Below are positions 26,591 to 41,789 of a stretch of DNA of 63,802 nucleotides, piece after piece. Below the pieces are notes generated by a model, which was not told where the DNA came from, made no database searches, and saw nothing but the letters and a program-made list of their open reading frames with translations. The DNA comes from Callorhinchus milii (lineage: Eukaryota), in NCBI RefSeq assembly GCF_018977255.1, contig NW_024704757.1, forward strand, positions 12,586,199 to 12,650,000. The letters are read 5' to 3'. The translations under genes and the position numbers were made by a program. The stretch's first letter is position 1, and every line of letters begins with the position of its first letter.

Positions 26591-29500
26591 GGACGGTGTC
26601 CCTTTTAAAGCATAAATATAACCAGTCATAATATTTATTGTCCACTGAAATGCGCAATATCACTCACATCCACTGGCACACTTTCACATTCTCTCTCACT
26701 CACTCGCTCGCTCACTCACTCACTCACTCACTCACACGCACACGCATGCTCTGCCTCTCTGAGTCACTTTAATGAATTATCCAGGATGTCAGCAATTGAA
26801 CTGGACTTGCTCCACAATAGACTTACAGCTGCTGCTGTCTTCAGTCCACCCACAGCCTGATCCTATTTCCAGAACAGCATTTGGTCAGGAAGAGCCAGAT
26901 TTAAGGAGACAAGTCACACCCTACAAGGTTTGACTATCCATCTGGTCACGAGAGATCACGTGAGAGGTGTGAAAGAAGAAGATCCTTCAGCCCATTTGGT
27001 CTTATCCTTCCAAACACAGTTGTTACTTGAACCAATTTGCCTATAAACAATTTGCTTTGAAGAGTGAGGTTTTTTGTGGGGGGGTGGAGTGGGGGCAAGC
27101 AATGGGGTGGTAAGCCAATTCTCTTATCTCCTTTCAGTTGTTATCTATGAGCTATCATGTGATTCCAGTTCACCCAGAGGCAGCACAGGGTAACTTGGGC
27201 TCTACATATCTTTCATACCCGGCACAGATACGATGGGCCTATTGGCCTCCTTCTGTGCTGGATAATTCTGTGATTCTATGATCAACTAGTATTTTTGTCC
27301 GTTGTCTCATTTTATCCTCTCTTTTCTTCTCCTGTGGTTATTTGATTCCTTTCACATTCTTTTTGGTTTAATTCCACAGTGACTAGGGTTTTTCCAGGTG
27401 CCTCCACCAAGTGGGTACTGTATTACTCATGTGTGAGCCTTAATTATGAGTGTTGACGGGCTATTTGGCCACAGCTGGCACTGCAATTGAATTCCAATCA
27501 AGTCTAAATCCTCACACGCAGCGAAGGTATGCATTCCTGGTGGCGTTCCATCTTCTCTTCCAACTTGTCTCAGCCAAGCTTCACAAGAAAGCTCCCCAGA
27601 AGACTATCATTTGGCTAAATGCTAGCCTTTATACAGAGGCCTAAAGAAACATGCCCTCAAAGCTACTTTCACCCAATTACTTTTACATCTCTTCGTCGGA
27701 AATGTTCTTGATCTCCATGCCTGTTCAGAAACGTATTAGGAACATTCCTTCCAAGTTGGAGGCTACTTGGGATTGTTTGCCTCAATGTCCAGACAGACTA
27801 AACATTATATCACCACAGATTTACTTTGCAAAGTTTGAGTGCAAACATTTCACAGTTTGGTTACCACTTTAGCAGGGATTTGTTACCTATCTGCCTGTTC
27901 AAGGGTAAGATCTCCTCCCAGGCCTTGCCCTTGCTCACTGAACTCTAAGGTTTCACACAAGGCCTGATGGAATCGGATGGAGATTCACTATTGCTTCATT
28001 CGCTCAGTAGTTACTTACAATTATCAATTAACCCACAGTAATTTGGCGGAGTGGGTTAGTGCAGTACTGTGGAAATGGAAAAGTAATGCAGGAATATATT
28101 TTGCAATCTGTATTGCACATATTAGAATCAGATATAACACTAATAACAGGAAGCAATCGAGCTGAACTTGGTGTGTTCACTAAGTAGGATGATATTTACT
28201 GAAATCCCTTATGATTATATTTGACATTAGAAATTCCTTGTCTAGATTTATCATATCTGATATCAATAAAAACCTGGCCCATTGCAATTCTGTGTGAACA
28301 ATCATAATGTTTTATGTTGGCGCTTCTTCAATTCAGTTTTTTTTAATTCAAATTCAATTGATTGACATTTTCTCCTTTTTTGATTTAGCAATTCGTCAAA
28401 TTTAATTGTTGGTGGTGAAATGTTACTGTTATTAAAAGACATAAACAGGCATCTACATCTATCTACACATCTGCACACGTTCACAGTCAGATAGCATTAG
28501 GACAGAGTAGAGAGACAGCCCTCATACCAATCATTTTGCTCTTTAAAGAGTGGCCAAAACAGTTTTAGGGATTCACTTTAAAATAAGAGTCTTGCTCATC
28601 TAAGACAAAACAGTTTTAATACAGTACTGAAGTACGGTTTGAAACATCTTTCCACTGCTTTCGAAAGAATATTTTGAAAATATAAAGTTTACTTTTTTAA
28701 TCTTCACTCTGTTACAGCCCATCACATACAGGTACAGAACATACATTTAATATAACTTACACTAGACATGTCTATTACATCTGTGATATCCATACAGGTG
28801 AAGGAAGCTTTAAGTCCAAGGCAGAGCCATGTGTCTCTGTCTGTGGCGATCCCACTACCATATTGTTTGCGGTTTGGCTTAAAATGGACACAACCGAGTT
28901 TGTTGATCAGCATCGTCAATGCAAGACAAGGTGAATGCATGGCATCTATATGTTGGCTTTATTCAGAATAAATATTTCCTGTATCTACCAATGTGCTTTA
29001 TTGAAACACTGATGGGAATTCGGAATAGTTGTTACTTTCTGACTGATTAACTAGAGCTACAGCCGGACATCCTTTTACCTAAGTACTCAAACACTGCATA
29101 CCAATCACGCAAAGACCCAAGACTCTCTGTAAAACACGTCGCATCAGTAACTTATCCCATCAACATGTCAATATAGCAGGAGGTTCCGAGACTAACGATA
29201 TATGTGCTCACAGCTATTCTGCACAATTCATCAAACAGTTCTACGGATCTCAGATTGTTCATTATAGCAACAATACGTTCAAATACCAATGTAATATTCT
29301 ATTGATAATCTATCGACAGTGGGGTCTTGTTATTCATAAGCATTGTGGCATGACATACAGCACTAGAGACGACACGTTCCAGTCATATCCACACAATTAC
29401 AGTAATCCTCCAAATATTGATGACTTCCACAAATACCAGACCCATCGAAACACTCAGATTTCACCAATGACACCAAAAAAAGCTCACATTGACTTTTTTT

Positions 29501-29813
29501 AAAAAAATCTATAACAACATAGGGACAATCAAGTGTACCTTAAACTAGTTGTTTCTCGCATTTGTATCATATGACGGCACATTACCCAACACGACTACAT
29601 GAATCACTTTGTCAGTGCTCATCTATCTCTGGAAATGAGGATACGAATAAATTGTGGATGCCGTGGCAGTGTTTGATGCATGATTGTACGTTAAGATATT
29701 TGTTTTCTTCTTCTTTGTTGAGGTACATAGGCGGAGTCTGCCCCTGTCCTTCATCCAGTTGGTGACTATTGACTGTAACAGCTTGGTTTGCAGCTTTGGC
29801 AGAGGTGGTTCCA

Positions 29814-30010
29814 TCACGTCACTTCCAGCGACGCAGGCGAGACCCGGTCGCACTCGGCGCGGGATCGCAAGCTGTGCCATTGCTCCGACGAGGTCCGATG
29901 TAAGCTAAGCATCCGCCGCCAGTGGTTGGATTCCGGGGCCCCTGTGGAGTATTGGCCGATGACAATCCTGCCGACAAAATCATTGCTGCTCTTCATGTTG
30001 TGACCGTAAA
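29814..30010 (-). CDS. SYT17: Synaptotagmin-17 coding exon 8 (last)
   Basis: Acceptor ccttacag. Encodes (V)YGHNMKSSNDFVGRIVIGQYSTG...WHSLRSRAECDRVSPASLEVT*, the characteristic SYT17 C-terminus. Confidence 0.96.
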
Positions 30011-30132
30011 CTGTAAGGAAACCGAAACACAGCCGTCAGGACAGTAGATTTCAACGGAGCAACTCGTAGGTGTAAATTAATCTCAGTTTACTCTTTACAA
30101 ACTCTTTACTCTTTGTGGTGTCCCAGTTGATA

Positions 30133-30360
30133 AACAACAACAACAACAACAACAAGATTCCATTTATAAAGCGCCTTTCACGTCAGGAGGACGTCCCACA
30201 GGATGTCGAGGATCAACATTTAACAACAATAACAATCCTTGCGTTTGACACAGCGCCTTATCACGTCTTCGAGACGTCTCAAACCGCTTCACAGAATATA
30301 CTGTGAAGCGAATTGACTGTATATTTTGTGGGCGAAACGCGGCAGCCAATTGCGCACAGC
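30133..30360 (-). mobile_element. L2 tail followed by a SINE 3' fragment
   Basis: (AAC)n plus hairpin at 30133-30200, then an antisense SINE tail at 30222-30360. Confidence 0.75.
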
Positions 30361-31747
30361 AACGGAGATCTGAGTTGGATTCTGATAGGAAAAAGGAAGT
30401 AAGAAGCCCACTGAAGAGGGTCACAGGACATCAATAACAACTTGCATTTATGTAGCGGCCTCCACATAGAGCAATATCTTGGAGCACTTTACAGTGGCAA
30501 GGAATGGACCTGGAGCGGGGGGGAGGAGAGAAGAGGGGAATGAAGGACCACCCAGATTGTGAAATAGAATCCACCTTGTGAGCCAATATTTACAAGCAAC
30601 GTGAGCTAATTCCTTCGATGGATTGAGGACATGTGTTCCCACTGTTCCGATTTAGAGCATTTTCACCTGGTGCTACACTAGTACAGTTATCATTGTGTTT
30701 GCAAATTCACTGAAAATAACTTTCAGACAGGCCAAGTTAACCGGACTAATTCTTAAACCGTGCCACGTGGTAAGATTGCTCGGTCGGTTAAAGAGTGACG
30801 AGGCTGCCAAAGTTGAGTTTCAACCAATCGTGCAGCTTTTTTTCCGATTGTCCCCAGTGGATTCCGAGATACAGATGGTTGGTAGCTGCTAATCCTGAGG
30901 AATTTAGCAGCCAAATACAAACTCTTGACCCTACCAGTCACATTTATCAGCAATCTGTTAGAACACATTGCCGAAAGCTGTGTACAGTCAAACGACATCT
31001 AATTTAAAGTGAATAGCTATTAAACACTAAACGTAAGGATGCCCGACTCTCTACTCCATTTGCCGAAGTTACTGGCATTGAACACACATTTCTAAGAGAG
31101 CACGCCTAACTATATCTCGGGCCTCAATGCTCAACTTCCCAGTGACTGATTCAGGAGTGAGATATAAACAGAAACTTGGGATGAAGTAGTCTGTCCCCCT
31201 CTGTTGGCTGGAGAAATGATTGGGGAGAGAGTTAAATTATAAAATACATTGAAAGGCAGGAGAAGGAAAAATAAAAGGGGAATAATTCATGGATTTGTTA
31301 CAGAATAATTTTTAGGTTTAATCCCAAACCACCCAAGCATCTCTCCGGAATAAATCCACATTGATATATTTTTTTAAACATATGTTCTGTGATAGAAATA
31401 TCCTGTGAAGCGCTTTGAGATGTCTCAGTGACATGATAAGGCGCAATATCAAATGAAATAATTATAACTGTATTCCAATGTTGACCTTCCGCTTAGGTAT
31501 GGGAATGGACATCAGAAATCTAGGCTTAATCCACAGAATGAGGAAACGTTAAGAACTATTAAGGGAAATTAATTCGGACAATTGCAATGAAGGAAACACG
31601 CACCCAAATTGGGGACAATAAATTGGGACATTGCTTGGTGAATGGTTCTAAGGTTGAAATGTGACCCTTACAGTTGGTGGGATAGCAACACCAACAATTA
31701 AAACCTCTGCTGCCCTCAACAGGTCTCATTTTGAAATGCGGGACCTT

Positions 31748-31964
31748 ATAATAATAATAATAATCCTTGCATTTGATATAGCGCTTTTCATGTCGGGAGG
31801 ACGTCCCAAAGCGCTTCACAGAACACACTGTAAAGTGAACTGACTGTACATTTGTGGGCGAACGCGGCAGCCAATTGCGCACAGCAATGTCCCACAAACA
31901 GTCGTAGATTGAAAATGACCAATTTATTATTGTTTTTTTTTGTTTTGGAGGGATTATTATTAGG
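31748..31964 (-). mobile_element. 5'-truncated young SINE
   Basis: Matches the 3' two-thirds of 23934-24257 and lacks the tRNA head. Confidence 0.88.
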
Positions 31965-34900
31965 TGTGATAAAGTGCTGAAGTATTCTCAAATAACGCAA
32001 GCTTCGCACCGAAATGAGAATAAAGAACGAAAGACCAAGCGACGGCACATTGCAAAAGAAACCAACTGTTAAATAAAAACTGCAACAACTCCAGAACTCA
32101 GTTCAAGCTCTATTCAAGGATCGATAGCGACAGAGTCAAAATGAAATACGGGCACTTTCAAAGCAAATCGTTCAAGAGAATAGCTTCTGGACGATTCATT
32201 CATTTAGCTTTAGTGGGGCCTTAGGATACTGAGGTTTCCTTTGCCATTGTCGCTGAAGAAAATACTGAACCTCTCAAGCGTTTGGTGGAATTGAGATATC
32301 ATAAAAATAATATTCACCCACAAAATACACAGTCACTACACTTTACAGTAAACTTTGCGACGTCTCAACAATTCGATAAGGTGCTGTACCAAATGTCAAG
32401 ATTATTATATTTTATTATTATTATAATTGACCCACCGGATAGCAGGAAAAGAGCAGACAAACATTAGGACGGGAGAACTCAGAAAGATTTTTTTGACTTT
32501 AATTTGGACATTTGTGTTTATTGTAATGTGTTACGGCTCATATTACAGTAATAAAGCTGTCCTGATGTTTGAGTGATTGTTATTGCTGTTGTATTAGTGC
32601 TAGCAGCTGGTTAAAGAGTGGCAGTGGAAAAAGATTGGGGACAAACCTCCAGCCCAGCTTCTGGGCGAGAGAATGATTGACATTAATGCAGGAAGATGTA
32701 TGAGCAAAACGAGAAAACAGTGCACGTTTCTGGCATCCAGATGGTGTGTTATTAAATATGGATTTGTGCCATTGAATGAACCGATGATAAAGGTGAAGCT
32801 AAGCCAAATGTTTGCCTGTACTGTTGACCTAAACACGGCTTATTCAGCAGTTCAGAACAGGCTTCGTTCGTTTAGGATCAGATCAAGGGAAAGACCAAAT
32901 CAAACTGATTTCTTATTGAAATGTCCTGCGACATATATACACACTGTTACATTTGCCTGCAAAATGCACAGTCACTACACATTGCACTTTATCTCGTGTC
33001 TGCCCGACGAGAAAGGCATTCTATAAAATGTAAGGATTACGTTTCTGATTGTATTAAAGGAATACTTTTATTCACAATACAGCTAAACATTAGACTTAAC
33101 TTGATTTTTTTTAAGTTCAACTTTGCCTCAAATGTACCAGTTTAAAAATATAGTATGTAGTAATATTCTTAAACATGTTAACAAGTTAATATATTGTATA
33201 TAACATGCTATCAAGTTAATATATTGTATATATTCATTCTATATATACATATATAATTAATATAATTGCGTGAGGAATTTGCTGCCGCATTTTGCCCACA
33301 AAATATACAGTCAATTCACTTTACAGTGTATTCCGTGAAGCGCTTTGAGATGTCTCAATGACGTGATAAGGCGCTATATCAAATGGAAGGATTATTATTA
33401 TTATATAAAGTTGGAGTGATGTGCTGGCATCTGAACCAAAAGGAGATGAACAAGAGTTTGCACAAGAACCAAAGGCTTTTTTTCCAGCTCTGCTTTGAAA
33501 GCCTTTGCATTGTAGGAATTTTAAAAAGATTGTAGGCGAACCTAGGTATGATCAGGATACCGTACATATCTATTTCATTTCAGTTTAGGTTAATTTAATC
33601 TTTGTAATGCAGTTAGTTCTCGGAAGCTGTGGTCATAATTTCATTACAGACCTCGGAAAGCAAAAAAAAAAATCAATGAGCAGTGTTTTACTATCCAATT
33701 TCTCTATTTGTGCTGAGATTTGGAAGATGTAAAATGTCAAGCATAATTAAATAGATGCTTGCCACTTAGATAATGCATAGAATAAAATTTACAAATCATA
33801 TCCATTGTAACCATTAATAATCCCAAATTGCTATTTAAATAGCTTCCTTGCCGCAGTACAGAACTAGATTGGAGTCTGCAGCATCAGAATATGTAATAGC
33901 AAGGATAATGTTACATTGCTTATCCTCGTGCGGAGAATGCGTGATCATGTTTGATATGAATAGACAAGAAGGATGGAAGGATAGCCTATCGTACGATGCC
34001 ATTATTTTCTGCTCAAATTACAGTATTCAGGTATCAGATCTTTGCAGAAGGCAACAAAGGATGTAAGTGGCACTGTGTAGCTTCACCATGTTGAGCACAG
34101 CTTTTCAATACTGCAATAGGTTTAGTGTTTAGTCGTCTTGGACATAGTTTCTCCCATGTCCCCCCAGATAAAACTGGCCATTCACTTCATGGCTGTTAGC
34201 GGGACATTGCTCTGAATACATTGTCTGCCACATTTGTCTATAAAATGCACACAATCACTACACATTACAGTATATCCCGTGTCTGCCCAACAAGAAAGGG
34301 GCTTTTTTTTAACCATGGTACATGAAATTGCTGAAAGAATTAGCAAGGGCACAAACAGCAAATCTATTAATAAGGTTCATATCAAATGTAAGTATTACGT
34401 TTATGATTTTATTAAAATTAATTTTGCTCAAAATAATGAGGCCATCTACATTTCAATCCCCAGAAGATACACTGATTATAATAAAGCAAAAAAAATCATT
34501 TCTAATCCATCAATTTTTCTTATAATCTTACTATATTGATATTCCTGACACCTTTTCCTCTCCTTATTGACATCTGAATGGTTAATAATTTGTGTATTTT
34601 AATACAAAATTAGGAAGAAATTGCCCCCAAAACTGTCTTTCTCTCAGTAAGTCCTAATAACACATCAAATGAAGATCATGTGAGTTACTGTTGACGTACT
34701 GAGAATGCTGCTTTTTAGTAGTTTCTATTGCCTAACATACATTTTTTTTGTACCATGATACATAAAATTGCTTAAAGAATTAGCAAGGAAGCAAACAGTG
34801 AATCAATTAACAAGGTTCATTAGCTCTCGCTAATAAATCTGTTGAACTCAACGGGGGGTTTGTTTATTTATGGTTCATGGCTCTTTAAACATAATCTCTC

Positions 34901-37699
34901 TCATTTACCATCTTTAAGAATGAATTGTGCAGCATTGTAAACAAACCAGAACCAACGATATCTCAATACCATTGGCTACTTTCGTAAGACTTAGGTTTTA
35001 AGGTTTGTTAGCATTTGACTCCATCCTTTCATTAAATGCAATAATGATGTAATGAGATAATATAATGCATTGTACTTATTCTCTTGATGTAAGGTATTCA
35101 GTTTTCAGCCGTAAATATTCTGCCACCTGAGTTGTTGCACAACGAGCAGTTAGAATAGAGCCCTTTACAGAGGAGTAATGTGATGGATGTGATTTAATGA
35201 CATTGCTTTTTCTGATACCATAAACATAGAATATGTTGTCGTTTGTGCGGGGGTGGTGGAGCAGGGAGCAGCAGCTAGAAACGGAAATGATATGATTCAA
35301 GTCACAATTTCCAGAAAGTCTTTACGAGAATTTGTATTGCATCTGTTGACAAGCTTCGACAATACCATTCACAGTAGCTTCTTCCTACAGTAAAACTGTC
35401 ACTTCTGTAACTGATCGTATTTTTTATGTTGGAAGAATCAAAGGACTTTGCGAATCACCCATACAGATAATCTTACTGAAAGCTATCACAAAGCCTCTAG
35501 TTTAGGGTTAGAAAGTGAGGATATTATATCCATATTGTATGAGGACATTACAGTTGAGTTCAGTGCTCTCAAAGAAGTCTCATTTGGAATCATTTCAGAA
35601 AATAAAGGAATTTGATCCGAGCAACTATATCCAGAAAATAATAATAATCCTTGCATTTGGAGGACGGCACCTTCATCAATGCAGCCCTCCCCTGGCATTG
35701 GAATGTCACCCGCCCTGGGCTATGTGAGCTCCACTGCTGTACAGTATGACCGTAGAGATTGGAAAGATTGGCAGCTGACCCTCAACGTTTGGGGTCCTGA
35801 ACTCTTGGAGAAAGGTTAACAGCCATTTACCAATTTAATAGGACGGGTTTTAATGACACCCTATGGGTTCAGTGGAATGCTCTGCAAACATAAACTTGTA
35901 TTGATTTCATTCAGTTCACTCTGCTTCCCCACACTAGCAACTGTTTGCCTTTCAGTGCTCCATTCAGAAAACGCTTGACTCTACATATTAAAACGTCCTC
36001 ATTGGACACGGCGATGCTAACAATGCTTGACGTACAAAATGTTTGGTGTGTGCTACGGTTCAGCAGGAGTGTTTCGGATAGAAAACCTAGTGTCACAGTA
36101 AATACAGTGTTTTAATAAATTCTAGTGTGACAGGTTACAGTGGCTCACAGTCACAGCTGAGTCGTCAGTAGCCATGCAATTGTCCTCTCCATCACCTAAC
36201 GCCCACTAAAAGAAACCGTGCTGCTGGCAACAATTCCACCAGCCATTAATAAATAATTCTCCCAAGCGTTGTGAAAGATTTTGGGCTTCAGGGGGATTTT
36301 TTTTTTAAACTTTAGTGATACGTTGCTTTTTCACCTTTATCATTGCAGATATGGATTTCTGCTAGGTAATTACAGAGATTTTTTGAAGTAGGTTAAAAGC
36401 TAACCCGCTTGTCCTAAGTGATTTGCCAGTACACCATTCCTGGTTTTCAAAACCTCACAAAATTGGTACATCTGACAGTATTGTTCTGGGTTTACTTTCT
36501 TAATGCTATATAGTAAAATATTCCTTGCTTCTAATATTACGTCTTCTCAAATCAAAGTGCCTCAAAAGAGCTTCAGAGAGTTTTTCTATAAAGCGTACTA
36601 TGTATTTTTATTAATCCTTGCATTTGATATAGCACTTTTCACATCTTCCAGACGTCTCAAAGTGCTTCACAGCGGCAGCCAATTGCACACAGCAGTGTCC
36701 CACAAACACTCGTGGATTGAAGTGACCAATTTATTATTTTTTTAGGTGAATGAGGCAGCCAATTTGCTTAGAGTAATTAATGCCCCACAAACAGCCATAA
36801 AGTGAATTAACTACCTGGGGGATAGTTGGACCAGGACATCGGGTAAACACCTTAGATAAGGTCTATCATGTCTTCTCTGAGACATTTCATTTCAAAACTG
36901 AAGAGCCCCAATTTATCTGATCTTTCCACAGAACTGATCCTTCGAACACATTGCCTCCACTGCCTGGCAAACCCTTTATGTACAGTGAGGTTAGTACAAA
37001 TTATGATACTGACAAACTGATTAGACTGTCAGCCTAGACTATGTGAGCTAAGCAGTTTATAGAAATCTTGATCCGTGTAATTTGCCCATCGCAAGGACTT
37101 ACTTTTTTTTCACGTACAAAATTCAGTATATTTCGCAGCAAATCCCGTGAAGCGCTTTGAGACATCCTCCTGTTGTTAAAGGTGCTACATCAAAAGCAAG
37201 GATCATAATTATTTTTAAATCTTTTCACAAAACGCAATACTTTTTTTTTCCACTTGGAAAATCCCAGCTGTATGAACTAAACCCTCTTTTCTAATTGGCT
37301 TTACATTACTTGATGAAAAAAAACATTTGATGTAGACAAAAGACTTTTCCCCTAATGAAACACGTGCCCACTGCAAACAAATTCATACAAATTGCAATCA
37401 GTGAAAAACAAAATCTTGGGTTCAGCATAAATCAGTCGGAGAGAATCAACAGAACATCATGCGACATGAATACAAACAAAGAATCCACAAGTCTCTGGCA
37501 GTGATTCCAATAGCTTAAACTTTGCTCCTGGATTTAAAACTCAACACAAGACCCTTTCTATTTGCAGCATTGTGTAGAGATGCGATCAATATCCAAATTT
37601 GACTGGTTTACTCCTTCACACAATTTATATATCACTGCAAACTTTTCAAGACTAGAAATGATGTAGGCCAAATATCTCATGATAATGTAATGCAGATGT

Positions 37700-38080
37700 C
37701 AGCAACATAGCGCTCAATGGGTAGCACTCTAGCCTCTGGGGCAGAAGGTTGTGGATTCATGCCTGATATTGGGATGTTATTTTATAACCTAGGATGATAA
37801 TTTAGTATGGAGCGGGGGGTTGGCTGTGTTTTTTTTGTCGGTTGTAACATTTTATTTTAGACAGGGCCATAGCCATTAAAAATCGCATTTGAAAAGCGAG
37901 AGGGGTTTCTCCTGGTGTTAATATGGACATTAATCCTCCATATTAATTAATCATTCACCTCTTGGCTGTGTACAAATCGACTGTTATGTTTGCTGCAAAA
38001 CGCAGTCACGACACGAGACAATAGTTAACACGAAGCTTTCTGAGACATTTTGACATTATATGAGGTGGAAAGACGCAAGT
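37700..38080 (+). mobile_element. Highly diverged ancient tRNA/Deu-type SINE
   Basis: Head GCTCAATGGGTAGCACTCTAGCCTCTG...AGAAGGTTGTGGATTCATGCC and tail GCAAGTTCTTTCTT. Antisense relatives at ~7300-7480 and ~57600-57895. Confidence 0.5.
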
Positions 38081-41000
38081 TCTTTCTTAATGCAGCTTTA
38101 ATTAAAAGTCAAGCAGAGCAGCATTGCACACCTGGAGAGGGATGTCAAGTGTGGTCTTAGAAAACTGCCAGGAAACTGCTAACCGTTCCATCGTGCAACG
38201 TGTAAAAAAACAGAAAAATCTGAAGAACTGCTCAAGAGGTTCATAGTGAGCATAGACTAATGTGGTTAGGAAGAGAATTGGACTGGTCAGGAAGCAAGGC
38301 AGTTGTTCAGTGTATACAGTGAGAGCAAGAGAACTTTAAACATTGACTTCTGTCCCATGAAGACAATCTAAACTAACACAGTGGCACAGTATTGCATAAG
38401 GAAGCAGCCTGGAGGGATGCATTTTGCTTACTTAATTCCGGAAAGTATTAGGCGCAGGTTGGCAAGACCCCAGAGTGCGAGTTGGGGTCCTGCTGCAGGC
38501 TAACCAGCTAACATCACATAGCTTGCCATTGATATTGCTATAGTAGGTTTTTTTTTTAAATTGATAGAAATAGCCTGAAGAAAGATCTTTGAAGTTGATC
38601 ATAATTATTGTTTTGGGATTTTGATGGGGAGGTAGCGTTTATAGTCTTTTGAGCATTCTCCCACAGAATTTACAGTCAATGTATTTTGCAGTATATTCTG
38701 TGAAGCGCTTTGAGACGTCTCGAATTCGTGATAAAGCGCTACATCAAATGTGCGGATTATTATTATCATTCTTTGCTTTTTTTTTCCCAGCACTGTGAGA
38801 ATCTGATTCCAGGTGATGGAAAGACAATGGAACATCAGTAACAGAACTGGCGTGAAGGAAATTACAGCACCAAAGATGTCAGGGAGTTTGAACTAACTTA
38901 AAAGAGGTGAAATGTCAAGTATCAGAAATCCTGGAAGTGCAGGACACAGAACACAAAGCCGTGATTGATTCCGGTGATGGATGCCATCGTGGTTTATTGG
39001 ATTATTCGGAAATTAAATATTATTGCTTTGTTTACACAGCGGACAGATGTTAATGGTCATCACTAATTCAGATTGATATAATATTCCAGCAGCTGCCTAC
39101 AAAAGCACAGTCACTTCGCTCAGGAGTGCTGAGAGACATGATAAGGCACTATCGAAACACGAGTTCTTTCTTCATCACGACGTGGAGCATGACATTGCGA
39201 AGGATCCTCCTCCATGGGGTTTGATTCGGAATTAAGTGGCACAGTTAGCACTTGAGGCTATTCCACCAATCTCTCCAATCCAGCGCATCAGGGGATTTCA
39301 AGGAGCTGTGACTTGCAATGACTTTGAGCTGAACGGAGGAAGATGGCTGGTCACACATCATTGTAGACAGCAGGCTGATGATGGGAACAAGCTGCGTGGC
39401 TAACTGTGCTCAGCCAACTCGCACGTTTTAACGCACAAATGCGTCTCTGGTATGACAACATTCAGCACATTTTTGGTGACAAAGCAAAGTGCTGCCAGTG
39501 CTGGGAAACTGAAGGGACCGACAACTCTCGATTTCTCTGTCTGATGTGCTTTCTTCAACGTCTGTCTGGGTATCTTTTCAAATGTTTTCAACCATCTTTA
39601 AGGTGTTTTTTTTTGGGATCGAGGATTGTCGCTAACACTGTCCTCTTTTCTCTCCCCCAGCTGTGTTCTCAGATGCTTGATCTTCATTGCTGGGAGAGTA
39701 CAGGGCTATTTTGTCTTCTCTTCTCTTGCTCAGACTCAACAATCCATCAGGCACAGCAATGAATCATTGGAGTCGGAAAAAGTCAGCCGTGAATTTGGGT
39801 GTGAATAATCATCGGTGCAGCTATCGATATGTGGTTTTCAGTTGGGAGTCATCTGAGGAGGATATTTATTGCAGATTACTACATAGGATATTCAAATAAG
39901 TCATTGCATTTAAAACATGTGCGGATTTCATGTAGGCAAGAGTATGGTAAATGTATTTTGATTATGCTATGGAGAGTGATACCAGGATCCGTGTTCATTG
40001 GCTGCATACATGTGAATGAACTACATATATACAGCGAATGACTCAGTGTAGCATAGAAGATTTAAAAGCTTACCATAATGTAAGGAGTCACTGCATGGGC
40101 TTCCTCCTGTTTGCCAGTCAGGGAGCTTCAGTTCTTCTGCGAGTGGCACATCTCTAACCTTGACCTTCCTTTCCAGATCTTTACTACAGGTCAATCTTTG
40201 ATGGCAATAGACCTTGAAGGTCACTCAAAACTCAAACTCCCCTGATAAGATGGAACGCTTTTTTCATATCAAAAATATCTTGCGCTATTTTAGTCCAGGC
40301 AGCCATTTCAATCCACACGACGAGTTATATTTCATTTGGGGAAGGTGGGGACTGCAAATATATGATAACTTCTTGGACTGAAACATACTGTGAAATGTGA
40401 CTTCTCGATTTGAATGTTATCTTCCGCACTTTACCATCCGTGAACCAGACTCGTTAACAAAGATTGGCCTCTTTGAAGTGGTGTTCAAGTGCTGGATTTC
40501 CATAATTTCTTCCAATTTGTTGTTTGATGGCCTAATGTGCTACCAGCAGTCAAGCACCAAGTGGGTCGTTCATTTATTTTGGCGTCAACTTGTATCGTTT
40601 TCTGTTTCTCAAGGAATTAAGCAGTGAAACTTGCGGCAAATCTCTGATTGAGCATCTTGTGAATATCACAGGGTTTCTCTAAGGAACCTACTATTCAGAA
40701 ATTGAATGGCTTGAACCAACAGTTACTCCTAGCGCACAGCAAATGAAAACTTGGCCCTATTATTTTTTAAAGCTGCTCTGATGTGCACAGAATTTCCTCT
40801 TGCTGTTAGCATCAGTGACCGACATAATCAGTCAGAGTGCTACTAATCACTAGGATGCTGCAAAGGTGGAGAGAAAATCAAACAGAATTTAATTATAGTA
40901 ATTTTATCAAAGGAAATACTAGCGTTTGCAGGCGGGATTGGCACTGTTGAGTCGCAGATGTTTTTGTTGGTCAAAGTTTGTTAATAAGTAAATTTGCAAA

Positions 41001-41421
41001 ATATTAACTAATCTGTTGTAATTTTATTTTGCATTTGAGAACATTCTTCTGACGTGAAAGGCGCTGTATCAAATGCAAAGATTATTACTATTCATTTTAA
41101 ATGAAACACATTAATGTCATTCATCTAAACACAAGAACACTAATGCATTCAGGTGCAAAGGTAATAAAAATCCAAGTATTTAATAAACAGGATCATAATT
41201 TTTATTAGATTTTACGTTCACTTCTATTGCAACAGATATTTTAGCAAAATTGAATTCCTTCAACAACAATAATAAATACCAATTAAAAGAGCTCTTTGTG
41301 GGGGCGAAACGGCTTTGAGGGACAGATAGGATTCATAACCAATTGAGAAAATGGATGGATATATAATTTTCATTTGAGCAATTATTATTTGAAAATCAGA
41401 AATGACACTGTGCAGTCTTAC

Positions 41422-41577
41422 CTGTGTAAACTAAGCTGATATCTTCCAACTCTTCAGATGGAACTTTGAAACTAAAGGATTCATTGTAGAACGGGTCTAT
41501 GGTTCCCTTCATGCAAGATGTCTTTTTGGTTTTCACCAATTTTAATCCGTGCACCAGCTGAACTTTCACAAATGGAT
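41422..41577 (-). CDS. SYT17: SYT17 coding exon 7 (C2B)
   Basis: (D)PFVKVQLVHGLKLVKTKKTSCMKGTIDPFYNESFSFKVPSEELEDISLVYT. Boundaries ctttag|AT and G|gtaaga. Absent from the ORF track. Confidence 0.95.
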
Positions 41578-41789
41578 CTAAAGAGTATAAACATAAAAGA
41601 AGATTAACCTCATTATAGCCTAGAATATCTTACATGAATCATATAAATAGCTTTCACTGCCAATTTTGTTTTATTATGTGTATTAAATTATTAGTTTAGA
41701 ATAGTCTTAAAACACACAAATCCTTACCAGTTTATTGTGTAATACAGTTGGCATTAACGGCATTTCGATTGACAAAGCTTCCCACTTAC

